Assembly (NCBI GenBank): GCA_964410585.1 | Contig: CAYPFW010000001.1 | Span: 210,853-274,852 of the forward strand | Reading direction: 5' to 3' | Length of the DNA: 64,000 nt | Source: an uncultured archaeon | Lineage (GTDB): Archaea > Aenigmatarchaeota > Aenigmatarchaeia > QMZP01 > JACQNV01 | Shown here: positions 28,780 to 37,986 of the stretch, in pieces | Position numbering within the stretch: the first letter of the stretch is position 1 | Layout of the letters: the number at the start of each line of letters is the position of its first letter | Translations under genes and position numbers: made by a program | Notes under the pieces: generated by a model | What the model saw: only the letters and a program-made list of their open reading frames with translations | Told to the model about the DNA's origin: nothing | Database searches by the model: none

Positions 28780-31239
28780 ATGAAAGGTAGTGTGTTAGGA
28801 CTTGAGACAATTGTAAGTATAGTAGGTGTTTTAGTAGCTGCTGTGCTTTTGTTCTTATTTGTCAGCCCTGTTGCGTTTGATCAATTAAAAGATAGCTTTT
28901 GTTTGTCTACTGGATTTTGTGGAGAAAGAGTTTCTATCTATACTTCTGTTGCCAAACAATCTGTAGATGCATTGGCATGCGCTGTAAGCTCAACAGCAGA
29001 AGGACAAAAACTTCCTTGTGTTGAAAAATTCGAGGAAAACCAACCAGACGGGCCCTATGTTGCCTGCTCTACACAAGAACAGCTTGTTTGCTGCGATACA
29101 GGATGGTTTGGGGGAGAATATTGGATGACAAAAGACCTTTGTCAAGCAAGCAAATACTCTGTAGTTGGCGGCGACAAATGTGGGGATTTAGAGTGGTTTT
29201 CGGAAAAAAGAACAGAGGCGCCAAAGTTTTCTTGTGTTGTTAGGAATTTCAATTTGCCACAAACTTTGGGAGAAGCAACAATACCTTTGATTGGTGTGAA
29301 ATTTACTCCAGAAAAATGGATTGAAGGATATGGTGATCCCCAATACTTGGTTTACTATCAGCGGTTTCCAGCAGAAGAAGACACATGGTCTTTCAAAGCA
29401 GATTGGAAGGTTTACACACTTATAGTTGTCACCACTTTGCCTCCTGGAAAAATAGCAAAGTTTTTAGGCAAGGCATGGCAAGGTATTAGGACATCTAAAC
29501 TTTTTGGAACAGGCGCAGGAAAAGTTGGAGAACAACTTCTTCTTTTTGAATCCAAGCAAGGCGGAGTGCAAGCTATCAACAGAATAGCTGATCCTCGAAA
29601 CGCAATTAATTTTATTAAAGGAACTCTACAAGCTTTGAAAAAAGCTAGAATTGCTACAGAAGGTGGAATTAAAAGAGTCAAAAGGCTTGCAGTTATTTCT
29701 GGTGCTGTTGTAGCTGCTGATTGGTTAGAGGGGGAAGAATATGAAACAGAGTATGTAGAATCTGTTTTAGCTAAACTAAACCCTGAGGCTGGAAAATTAG
29801 TTTTGAAAATGCCATTAGCAAAACCAATTCCATTTGAATTGAGCAAAGAGTTAGAAGGGAAGCCTGTTTTGATTCAGTTCAGGCCCAAGATTGCAAAAAG
29901 GGAAAAACAACTTCATCTTGTTTCGCCTTGCAAACTTGATGTTCTCCCAGTTTTCAAAGAGGCAACAGAATGTCCTTCATACTTGTTCAATGGTGTGACA
30001 GGATATACAGAATGTTCTTTAAACAGAGTGTCTGGAAGTACACCAACATATCCAAATAGGTTATCAAAACTAAGCGACAGCGACCTTCCTCTATGTCAAG
30101 GAATAGTAGACGACTACAAGTTTACAGAAAACCCAGCCTCAAATACATTTATTGATTTTTTTAGAAGCCTAAAAGGCTCTAGCAGACCGTCAATTCTTGA
30201 AAACTATTTCGAGGATGGAATTTTCAAAATACCGTTTTTTAAAGATGTTGTATATGAAGCTACAAGTGGAGTTAATTTCAGCTCAGATAAAATACTCATA
30301 AGCGTCCCGAACAAAGAAGAACAAATTTCAATATCAACAGAAACAAACGGTTACTACCCGGATTCTTTCCCATTTTTGATGAGAGGAATAGCTGAAGGTA
30401 AAGTTAGCTATAAGGATAGTGACATCAAAGTTTACAAGTTTTGTTTTAGTTGGCTAAACAGAAAAGATACTGGAACAAGAGGAAAATATACAGATTTTGA
30501 AGCCACTCAAAAAGAAAATGAAGGAGAGCTTCCTAAATTTGATTGTCAAATTGGAATAAAGGTAGATAAGACATGTTCAGATACAAATGACCCAGTATGC
30601 CAGGTTTTTGACACAATAAAATCAGAACCAGAATACACAGAATATTTCAAGCCACCTGCACAAAGCAAGGGGATCGATGTAAATCATTTCACTAGATCGA
30701 TTTATTATAATGAATTAAAAGAAGATGGTAAGGTCGAGGATTCAAAAATAAATCAGAGAATAATGTTTATTAGCGGATCTGGATACTCAATTGGACTAAT
30801 AGACTCTGATTATGGAAATAATATTAATCAAATTGATTTCTATTCGAAATCCCTTTCCGAACCTGGAGAACTTGCTCCTACAAACCCAGCTACATTTATT
30901 GCAGATGTTGATTTTGATGGAACATTTGAAAGTTATGGCACAAGATTTGGATGCAAAAGTGAGGCTGTATTTGCTGATCTTGTAGATTCTGTAAAAGGTG
31001 GAGACACAAATTATTGTGTTTCAGAGAGTGGGTTAGGTTGGGGAATAGCTGAAGGTGTAGGGTATTATGGTGGTTGGACACTTGTTGCAGTGGGATCAAC
31101 AGCAGCAATTGTTGGAACAGGTGGGCTTGCAACACCTTTGGTTGGTGGACTGGCTGCTGGAACATTTATCACAGCAGGATTTACAGCAATTAGTTTGGAA
31201 GAAATTTCAGATCTTACTGGTGGATGGCCAGACAACTAG
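28780..31239 (+). CDS. Large membrane-anchored Cys-rich extracellular protein with a C-terminal Gly-rich hydrophobic segment.
   Basis: The track start is TTG at 28762. ATG 28780 gives MKGSVLGLETIVSIVGVLVAAVLLFLF. The C-terminus reads GGWTLVAVGSTAAIVGTGGLATPLVGGLAAGTFITAGF. Confidence 0.55.
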   Translation: MKGSVLGLETIVSIVGVLVAAVLLFLFVSPVAFDQLKDSFCLSTGFCGERVSIYTSVAKQSVDALACAVSSTAEGQKLPCVEKFEENQPDGPYVACSTQEQLVCCDTGWFGGEYWMTKDLCQASKYSVVGGDKCGDLEWFSEKRTEAPKFSCVVRNFNLPQTLGEATIPLIGVKFTPEKWIEGYGDPQYLVYYQRFPAEEDTWSFKADWKVYTLIVVTTLPPGKIAKFLGKAWQGIRTSKLFGTGAGKVGEQLLLFESKQGGVQAINRIADPRNAINFIKGTLQALKKARIATEGGIKRVKRLAVISGAVVAADWLEGEEYETEYVESVLAKLNPEAGKLVLKMPLAKPIPFELSKELEGKPVLIQFRPKIAKREKQLHLVSPCKLDVLPVFKEATECPSYLFNGVTGYTECSLNRVSGSTPTYPNRLSKLSDSDLPLCQGIVDDYKFTENPASNTFIDFFRSLKGSSRPSILENYFEDGIFKIPFFKDVVYEATSGVNFSSDKILISVPNKEEQISISTETNGYYPDSFPFLMRGIAEGKVSYKDSDIKVYKFCFSWLNRKDTGTRGKYTDFEATQKENEGELPKFDCQIGIKVDKTCSDTNDPVCQVFDTIKSEPEYTEYFKPPAQSKGIDVNHFTRSIYYNELKEDGKVEDSKINQRIMFISGSGYSIGLIDSDYGNNINQIDFYSKSLSEPGELAPTNPATFIADVDFDGTFESYGTRFGCKSEAVFADLVDSVKGGDTNYCVSESGLGWGIAEGVGYYGGWTLVAVGSTAAIVGTGGLATPLVGGLAAGTFITAGFTAISLEEISDLTGGWPDN

Positions 31240-31280
31240 ATAGCCTTTTCCGGGAGTTAACAACTTCCAATAGATACCGA

Positions 31281-31304
31281 AACTGGTCTGCAGACCAGTT
31301 TCCA
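31281..31304. terminator. Perfect 24-nt palindrome GAAACTGGTCTGCAGACCAGTTTC between convergent genes.
   Basis: Seen directly in the sequence. Confidence 0.4.
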
Positions 31305-31350
31305 GCCATTGACGGCTACCATACCCAAAAATCAAAAATTTACAACTTCT

Positions 31351-31425
31351 AAAAATTTACGCCTTCCACGGGTTTTAATTCTTCGTTTTTTAGAAATTAT
31401 AACTTCATCTTCGGAAAATTTTACT
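31351..31425. repeat. Palindromic intergenic repeat, rearranged or partial copy (AAAAATTTACGCCTTCCAC ... AAAATTTTACTCCTCC).
   Basis: Alignment with the other copies. Confidence 0.5.
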
Positions 31426-31459
31426 CCTCCTCAAAATTAAAAAATCAACACTACCAAAA

Positions 31460-33103
31460 CTATTCCTGGCGCCAAAGAGGGGAAGCCCGCTCGCCTGAAA
31501 AATATTCTGGACTTAGAGTATATCTCCAGCTTCTCTCATACTGGCCACCAACAAGCAATCTTTCAACTGCGGGGTGAAGACCTTTGAGTGTATCAAAATT
31601 GAAAGGCGTTCTGTCAAAACCTCTTCTTCTGACACCATCACAGTGTGCAACAAAGGCTGCGAAATCTTCTAGAAACTCATTTGGTTTTTGATCCATTGTG
31701 AACTCTTCTGTTCCATTTCCCATTCTTCCACCACCAAAAATCATATAGAACGGCTCTTCTCCTGGTCTCCAACTTGGGCCAACTGCGAAAACGGTTCTCG
31801 ATTCTCTTTCTGCTCCTTCTCTTCCACTGTATTTGGCTACTACAATAGGAATTTGGAAGCAATCGAAAACCTCCACGCCCGAAATAGTTCTCCTGTCTAT
31901 CCTGTATCCTATATCCTCGTATACAACATCATTAAAACTCGGACTAAAACGCAAGAAATAACCGCTGCCAAGATATCTCATGATGCTTCCTAAAAGCGCC
32001 TTTTCTCTTGTTGAATTGTCGAAAATAAGCTTTCTTTCTGATTTTAAGAAATCTTGTATACTAATTTCCCTTTTTGGACCGCTAACCACTCTAAGTCTGG
32101 AATGCACATACGCCTGTGGTTGCTGTTCAACATCAAAATCGCTTGTATAATTTCCAATAGACACTCTAATGTATTCTGAGGTAACTGTTCTTATTATAAC
32201 TTTCGGTAGTTCATTTTCTGGTATTGAATCTAGATTTTTTATATCTTTGGCAATTCTATTAAATTCTTCTTCTGTCATTTCAGGACTAAAACCCCACTTG
32301 TTCCTCTCACCTGTGTTTTTGACTACATTTTGTGGTGCAGAACTTTGGTTGAGATTATTCGTTGCCATAGTTTCTTGGGCTGTATCTGCTGGAGCACTTA
32401 CCGTGAACTGTGCTTCTCTTAGTTTTCTTGTGCCATCTACAAGGGGCCGCGCATCAAATTCAAATGCTCGAAGTTCTGTGGAATTTTGAACTACCACAGG
32501 GATTTCATATCTAGCATGTCTTGAGAGTCTTACATTTCCACCTGTTTGTGGAGATGCCGAAGTAAATAGAATGACTTGTTCTGTATCTCTTGATTTTGTC
32601 CAAGAGGGTCCAATATCTTTTAGCACAAAACTAACATCTTGAGAAGTGAGAGATTCGAAAATTGGGCGCGCTTGTTTTTCTAACTCTCTTGCTCTTCCAT
32701 CTATTTCTGGTAATAGGCTAAATCCGCTGATATATGAATCACTTGTGCTATCAGCTTGATATCCATACATCCTAAAACTTTTTATTCCTGCAGAATCGAT
32801 ATCTAAAGATTTATCTCTTCCACCAAAAACAAGTGTCCTGTTTGTTGATCCATCTACAACAAATACGTATCTTCTTCCTCTTTCCACTTCAGCAGGTCCT
32901 GCAATTTTCAAAAGGTTGTCCATTGGCTCTGCATAAGAATTTTTTCTTTCTCCGTTGGCCGATAACAATTCCTCTGTTGGTCTAGAACTAGAAGAATATC
33001 CTGTCGTATCTATTGGTTTGGATTTTGGACACCCTGGAACAACAAACAAAGAAGCAACTAAAAGAGCTCTCAAAGTTCTATCAAGAAAATCATATAGCAT
33101 CAT
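31460..33103 (-). CDS. Secreted or lipoprotein-like 547-aa protein of unknown function.
   Basis: Signal peptide with a VVPGC lipobox-like motif. Confidence 0.55.
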   Translation of the reverse strand: MMLYDFLDRTLRALLVASLFVVPGCPKSKPIDTTGYSSSSRPTEELLSANGERKNSYAEPMDNLLKIAGPAEVERGRRYVFVVDGSTNRTLVFGGRDKSLDIDSAGIKSFRMYGYQADSTSDSYISGFSLLPEIDGRARELEKQARPIFESLTSQDVSFVLKDIGPSWTKSRDTEQVILFTSASPQTGGNVRLSRHARYEIPVVVQNSTELRAFEFDARPLVDGTRKLREAQFTVSAPADTAQETMATNNLNQSSAPQNVVKNTGERNKWGFSPEMTEEEFNRIAKDIKNLDSIPENELPKVIIRTVTSEYIRVSIGNYTSDFDVEQQPQAYVHSRLRVVSGPKREISIQDFLKSERKLIFDNSTREKALLGSIMRYLGSGYFLRFSPSFNDVVYEDIGYRIDRRTISGVEVFDCFQIPIVVAKYSGREGAERESRTVFAVGPSWRPGEEPFYMIFGGGRMGNGTEEFTMDQKPNEFLEDFAAFVAHCDGVRRRGFDRTPFNFDTLKGLHPAVERLLVGGQYERSWRYTLSPEYFSGERASPLWRQE

Positions 33104-33139
33104 ACTAACAAATTAGAAGGAATTAATAATTAAAGATAA

Positions 33140-33373
33140 TTAAACGCTAGCTTCTTTTTTTGGCATGTGGCCTTTTTCAAATTTTAAAGTCCACTTCAAT
33201 CCTTTGCCTTCTCTTCCCTTTTTCCAGTTTGTCTGACACTTGGAATTGCAAAAATTGTAGATATCTCCACTTTTTTTGACAAACATTTTTCCTCTTCCCA
33301 ATTTCAATGTGTTTCCACACAAACTACACTTAGCCATAACCTTTTGTCCCAAAATAGGGAACCTGTTAGACAA
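33140..33373 (-). CDS. rpl24e: Ribosomal protein L24e.
   Basis: C-x2-C...C-x3-C zinc ribbon; length and sequence (FPILGQKVMAKCSLCGN...FCNSKC) match L24e. Confidence 0.85.
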   Translation of the reverse strand: MSNRFPILGQKVMAKCSLCGNTLKLGRGKMFVKKSGDIYNFCNSKCQTNWKKGREGKGLKWTLKFEKGHMPKKEASV

Positions 33374-33438
33374 TTGTTTCCGGTTCCTCTAACCCCCCAC
33401 TTGTAAACTTTTGCTCAAGCTTTTTCTAAAAGCTTGAC

Positions 33439-33490
33439 AGGAGCCTAAAAATTTCCTCACCGCGATTCGTAAATTTTTCACGGCTTCCAC
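33439..33490. repeat. Palindromic intergenic repeat, full copy (GGAGCCTAAAAATTT-spacer-AAATTTTTCACGGCTTCCAC).
   Basis: Alignment with the other copies. Confidence 0.7.
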
Positions 33491-33524
33491 GATTAACCTC
33501 TAATTGTTCCTAAAATTTAATCAA

Positions 33525-33716
33525 CTATCGTCCACCGACGTCCATTTCAATTTCTTTTAACATCAATATGTCGCCAAGCCTTACTGGACCAACAACATTT
33601 CTCATCAAAACTTTATCTCTTCCAGATTTTTCCTCTTTAATCCTACACCTAACTCTGGAAACTCCTTTTACACCCATTCTTCCCAAAACAGTTATTACTT
33701 CAGCTGCCACTGCCAT
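33525..33716 (-). CDS. rps28e: Ribosomal protein S28e.
   Basis: [22 protein letters not shown]...[13 protein letters not shown] pattern. Confidence 0.85.
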   Translation of the reverse strand: MAVAAEVITVLGRMGVKGVSRVRCRIKEEKSGRDKVLMRNVVGPVRLGDILMLKEIEMDVGGR

Positions 33717-33724
33717 AAATTATC

Positions 33725-34090
33725 CTATTTAAGTAGTGCTCTTGTTTTTTCAGCCACTGTTGCTATTGCCCTTTTAGCGTCACCTTCTTCTGTTACTGCC
33801 AAAGAAGATGTTGGAACCTCGATTCCAGATGCTTTTCCTAGCTCTAGTTTAGATGGAACATAAGCAAAAGGGACTTTTTTCTCATTGCACAAAACAGGTA
33901 GATGCATCAAAATTTCTTCTGGTGTGACATCTTCAGCCATTACAACAAGTCTTGCGTGGCCTCTTTCTATTGCTTTTGTGGCCTCGTTCACGCCTCTTCT
34001 GATTTTTCCTGTTTTGCTAGCAACTTCTATAGCTTCGTATACCTTATCCAAAAGGTCTTTTGGTTGTTGAAATTTTACAAATGCTGGCAT
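33725..34090 (-). CDS. rpl7ae: Ribosomal protein L7Ae (also the C/D and H/ACA sRNP K-turn binding protein).
   Basis: KIRRGVNEATKAIERG...LVVMAEDV...VPSKLELG motifs. Confidence 0.9.
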   Translation of the reverse strand: MPAFVKFQQPKDLLDKVYEAIEVASKTGKIRRGVNEATKAIERGHARLVVMAEDVTPEEILMHLPVLCNEKKVPFAYVPSKLELGKASGIEVPTSSLAVTEEGDAKRAIATVAEKTRALLK

Positions 34091-34355
34091 ATTTATCCTC
34101 CAATCATCAGGGCATAAACCCCTTCTATCATAGATTTATTGGTATATTATAGACTCTATGCTTTTTAAGCATTATATATTCGCCCGGAAGGCTATGATAG
34201 GTATTTGCCCTTGTCAGGGACTTCTCCGCCTCTAGATAATCTATGTTGTTCGACTTTTTCTTCACAGAAAAAGGAAACTAAGATGCTTAATTGAAATTGT
34301 TCGGTGTCTTAAATTCACTTGAAGCTATAAAAGATTTATATAGAGTCAATAATAA

Positions 34356-34640
34356 GTGATGATTATGGGAATACTAGAATTTAATGAAGGGTGTCATAAC
34401 ATTCCAGGATGTTGGGGTCCAAGAGAAGATTTTTACACATTATTTGGAACTGAATTAAGATTTCTTGCAATCCCTATAATAATATCATTGATTCTCGGAT
34501 TTATCACATTTGGCATTCTTTACTTTTTCAAGAAAAAAGGAAAAATCAATCTCCCATTATATGTGATAATCATTATCTCTGTGATAGTTGCTATAATTTT
34601 TTTGATGTTATTAGCTCCATTTTTTCAAGTAGTTTATTGA
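34356..34640 (+). CDS. Small membrane protein with two transmembrane segments.
   Basis: ORF track; hydrophobicity. Confidence 0.3.
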   Translation: MMIMGILEFNEGCHNIPGCWGPREDFYTLFGTELRFLAIPIIISLILGFITFGILYFFKKKGKINLPLYVIIIISVIVAIIFLMLLAPFFQVVY

Positions 34641-35984
34641 TTATTGCAATTTTTCCACAGAAAGCAGAAGCTCCCACGTTTTCCCTTTATCAATAGATTT
34701 CCATAAGCGAGCCATGTCAGAGTTGATGTATATTGTATCTTTTTCTATAGGATCAAAAACTATGTTTGACACTCTGTGATCGTTTGTAATTTCTTCTGGC
34801 AATTTCCCAACTGAAATCCAAGTAGCTCCGCCGTCTATGCTTTCATACAGGTCATTTGGTTGCGCATATAAGCTCGCGCCTATCAATCTCATTCCTGTTT
34901 TGTCTTTTGGATCATATCGCGCAAAATTGACAGGTGAATTTGGATTTTTCAATGTTTTGCCATCAGTTGAATAATACACAACGTCGATGTTGTCTTTGCT
35001 AGCCATTATAAAAAACTTGTTTAAATCTGAAGGCGAAACATCTACATAGCGGATTCCTATTCCTAGTGTAGAGTCAAGTTTTGTCCACGTCTTGCCGCCA
35101 TCTTTTGTTTCTAAAAATCCCCACTGTTCATCTGTAGATTTTTTGTCTATGTTTGTTCCTGGGGGCAATCCAAGTGTAGCTATACGTAGGTTATTTGGAT
35201 TATTCTCATTCAAAAATAATCCAGTGACTCTAATGTGTTCATAGAAACCAGTGGGAAGTTCTTCCCAAGTTTTCCCACCATCAACCGATTTGTAGGCAAT
35301 ACCTTTTGTTACAAAAATTTTGCCTTTATCTGGACCATCCATTCCTTGTGGCAAGGCAGCTGTTGTTACATAAATTGTTTCAGGATTTCGCGGATCTGTG
35401 ACAACACCTTCTGTATAAGCACTCATTTCACTGCTAAACAATTGGTGCCATGTTTCACCGCCATCCAAACTTTCAGCGAGCCCACCCACACCTTTTCCTA
35501 CCTTTGATGGTGCTGCACCGCCTGGCAAAAGAATTCTTTGCGGGTTCTGTGGATCAATATAGAGTGAGAAACTAAGCTGATAACATGGTTGAGTTGGATC
35601 ATCTGATCTTGGCATGGCCTTTATTCCTTTTCCTGAAAAGGCCCACGTTTTTCCACCATCTATGGTTTTGTAAAATCCCTTGTATTCAACATTAATGTAC
35701 ATTTCCTTGTTGTTTTTTGGGTTTATTGCAAATGCTTGTTCTGTCCTATAATTGTCAAAGCCTAACCGAGGTTGGCAATTTATTGGATACTCATCAACAG
35801 CGTCGCTATCTCTTTGAATTTCTTTTTGAGTAATTTGATTTTGTTCTTCTTTGTTTGAGTTTACATCCTGAATTTGAGTTAAATTTTGAATCTGTTCATC
35901 TTTATCAGGATTTTTGCTAGAATCATTTTGCGTGCATCCTGCTATAAACACAATCAAAATAAGAGCGAAAATTAACTTTTTCAT
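34641..35984 (-). CDS. BNR/Asp-box repeat lipoprotein (sialidase/Ycf48-like beta-propeller).
   Basis: Signal peptide with lipobox (FIAGCTQ) and at least five D-G-G-K/E-T-W Asp-box repeats. Confidence 0.65.
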   Translation of the reverse strand: MKKLIFALILIVFIAGCTQNDSSKNPDKDEQIQNLTQIQDVNSNKEEQNQITQKEIQRDSDAVDEYPINCQPRLGFDNYRTEQAFAINPKNNKEMYINVEYKGFYKTIDGGKTWAFSGKGIKAMPRSDDPTQPCYQLSFSLYIDPQNPQRILLPGGAAPSKVGKGVGGLAESLDGGETWHQLFSSEMSAYTEGVVTDPRNPETIYVTTAALPQGMDGPDKGKIFVTKGIAYKSVDGGKTWEELPTGFYEHIRVTGLFLNENNPNNLRIATLGLPPGTNIDKKSTDEQWGFLETKDGGKTWTKLDSTLGIGIRYVDVSPSDLNKFFIMASKDNIDVVYYSTDGKTLKNPNSPVNFARYDPKDKTGMRLIGASLYAQPNDLYESIDGGATWISVGKLPEEITNDHRVSNIVFDPIEKDTIYINSDMARLWKSIDKGKTWELLLSVEKLQ

Positions 35985-36055
35985 ACTATATTATCTTTTG
36001 TTATAGATAAATATAGAAAACAAAGAGTTTATACCAAGCCAACGAAAATTAAATT

Positions 36056-36583
36056 TCACAACTCAGGCTGAACTTCTTTGACAGCTTGTACAATAATTGG
36101 CATATAGGTGCGTATTGGATCAAAGAAATTGGAAAGTCCACCCTGAAAACCACCGTCGTGATCGCCATCAAATTCTGAAATTAGCCTAAAATTAAAGTCA
36201 AAGTGTTGTTCTCCAATTATATCGCCTATAGCCTTTCTTATCCTAGGATCTGCTTCCTGATGTTTATTTGCTTTTCTTAAGGGAATTGTTGCTCCCTCTA
36301 CAAGCTTTTGAAATGGTATCTCTTCTCCGCGAAAACCTATGTATCCACTGTGCCTTACCCACTGCAGTCCATCTTTTGGTGTTTGAACCCACAACTCAAA
36401 TCTATCTTTGGTCATTTCTGGATGATCTTTTGGTGCAATCTCCAATCTAACCAAATACAAGCATCTACCATTGTCCACAGGGGCTTCAACAATACTAGAT
36501 CTTCCTTCTATCCCGTAGGCTGTTTCTATCCTTCCTTCGCCTCTTATATAGAAAAGTCTAGATTTGATTTCTTGAACTGCCAT
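36056..36583 (-). CDS. Hypothetical 175-aa protein.
   Basis: ORF track only. Confidence 0.4.
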   Translation of the reverse strand: MAVQEIKSRLFYIRGEGRIETAYGIEGRSSIVEAPVDNGRCLYLVRLEIAPKDHPEMTKDRFELWVQTPKDGLQWVRHSGYIGFRGEEIPFQKLVEGATIPLRKANKHQEADPRIRKAIGDIIGEQHFDFNFRLISEFDGDHDGGFQGGLSNFFDPIRTYMPIIVQAVKEVQPEL

Positions 36584-36663
36584 AACACTATAAAGAAGGA
36601 TAGTTTATAAAGCTTTTTATTTTGTGACTAGTTAATAGTTAAATGAAATTTATCAACAACAAA

Positions 36664-37860
36664 TTAGACAATATTTTTCAATTTCTCCAAAACCTCAAAA
36701 CCAATTTCCTCTGATTTTTCAGGGGTTCTAGCTTGAACCAAAAACCATCCAAGTGGTTTTGTCCCAATTGGCGATTTTTGGAAATTTTGTCCTGGTTTTC
36801 TGTTCAGGACAAATTTTTTGACTTCTTTTATTTGCTTTATCTCATCCAAATTTATCTTTTTTATTTTTCCGGATTTTTCTGGCCAGATTTCAACTGCTGT
36901 ACAAGCTTTTTTGAATTTTCTTTCTGTGTTTGGTTTTTGACCCAAACAAATGTCAAGAGCAAGTTCATCCAAATCTATTCCAGAGGAATATTTCTCCATT
37001 TCAGATCTATATCCACCAATCCTTGCTGCCATTTCTAATATTTTAGGGCCTTCTTTTGTATAGATGAGCTCAGGATGAACAGGAATATTGTCTAAACCCA
37101 GAGCTTTGATTCCTTGTGCTGAAACAGAAAGAATTTTTTCCTGATATTCTTTTGGTAGCCTTGTGGGTGTTGTCCTAGAAATAAGATGAAAACCTTCTCC
37201 TCCTAAATCTTGTGTTGAAACAATATCAGCTATCCCTAAATGAACAACCTTTCCATTAAAAACAAAAGAAGTTGTTGTGTACTGTTTTCCTTGCAAAAGC
37301 TCTTCTGCAAAAATTTCAGATTTTATCCCCAAAGCTTCTCTGAAAAGGTTTGTTTTCGAATTTTGTATTTTTCCCAAACAAAATTTGTATTTTTTTGAAA
37401 GATCTTTTTTGTTTTTTACCAACTGTATATATCTGCTTTTTGCACCTGTGTTTGGTTTTAACAAAAACGGGAAATCTAATTTTGTTCGGCTAGTTATTTT
37501 TTGGTATTTTGGGCAGGGAACAGATTTTTTTTGAAAACAGTTTCTCATTCTAATTTTGTCCCTGGCATCTAGGCAAGCTTCCAAAGAGGGTCCCGGAAGG
37601 TTTAAACTATCACAAATTGCACCCAAAACAGGTATATAGGGTTCGAATCTTGTTATTGCGCCGTCTATTCCAACTTTTTCCAAAAAAGAAAGAATTTTTG
37701 AAATTTCAAATGGATCGAAATCCAGGCATTTGTCAAAAATAAGTTTTTCTTTTTTGCTTGGATTTTTTTTCAGAAGAAAAATTTCATATCCTCTTTTCTT
37801 GGCTGGTTCAATGTGATTTATTTTGGACGAGTTATTTCCAATAAATAAAATTCTTTTCAT
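36664..37860 (-). CDS. ATP-grasp domain ligase of unknown specificity.
   Basis: Its length and the divergent pairing with a PurD-like ATP-grasp gene support the call; the assignment is moderate. Confidence 0.45.
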   Translation of the reverse strand: MKRILFIGNNSSKINHIEPAKKRGYEIFLLKKNPSKKEKLIFDKCLDFDPFEISKILSFLEKVGIDGAITRFEPYIPVLGAICDSLNLPGPSLEACLDARDKIRMRNCFQKKSVPCPKYQKITSRTKLDFPFLLKPNTGAKSRYIQLVKNKKDLSKKYKFCLGKIQNSKTNLFREALGIKSEIFAEELLQGKQYTTTSFVFNGKVVHLGIADIVSTQDLGGEGFHLISRTTPTRLPKEYQEKILSVSAQGIKALGLDNIPVHPELIYTKEGPKILEMAARIGGYRSEMEKYSSGIDLDELALDICLGQKPNTERKFKKACTAVEIWPEKSGKIKKINLDEIKQIKEVKKFVLNRKPGQNFQKSPIGTKPLGWFLVQARTPEKSEEIGFEVLEKLKNIV

Positions 37861-37986
37861 AATGTGGAAAAAATATTTTTGTAAATACTTAAATAACTTG
37901 AAGACAATATTATATTATCTTTTCATTTAAGAAAGCTTATACCGTTTTCTTTTGGGTACGGTATTTTTTTGAAAAGAAAGATATAT

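Noticed and set aside
37625-37645. A tRNA-like T-loop sequence GGTTCGAATC.
   Set aside because: It lies inside the ATP-grasp CDS. No flanking acceptor or anticodon stems could be formed.
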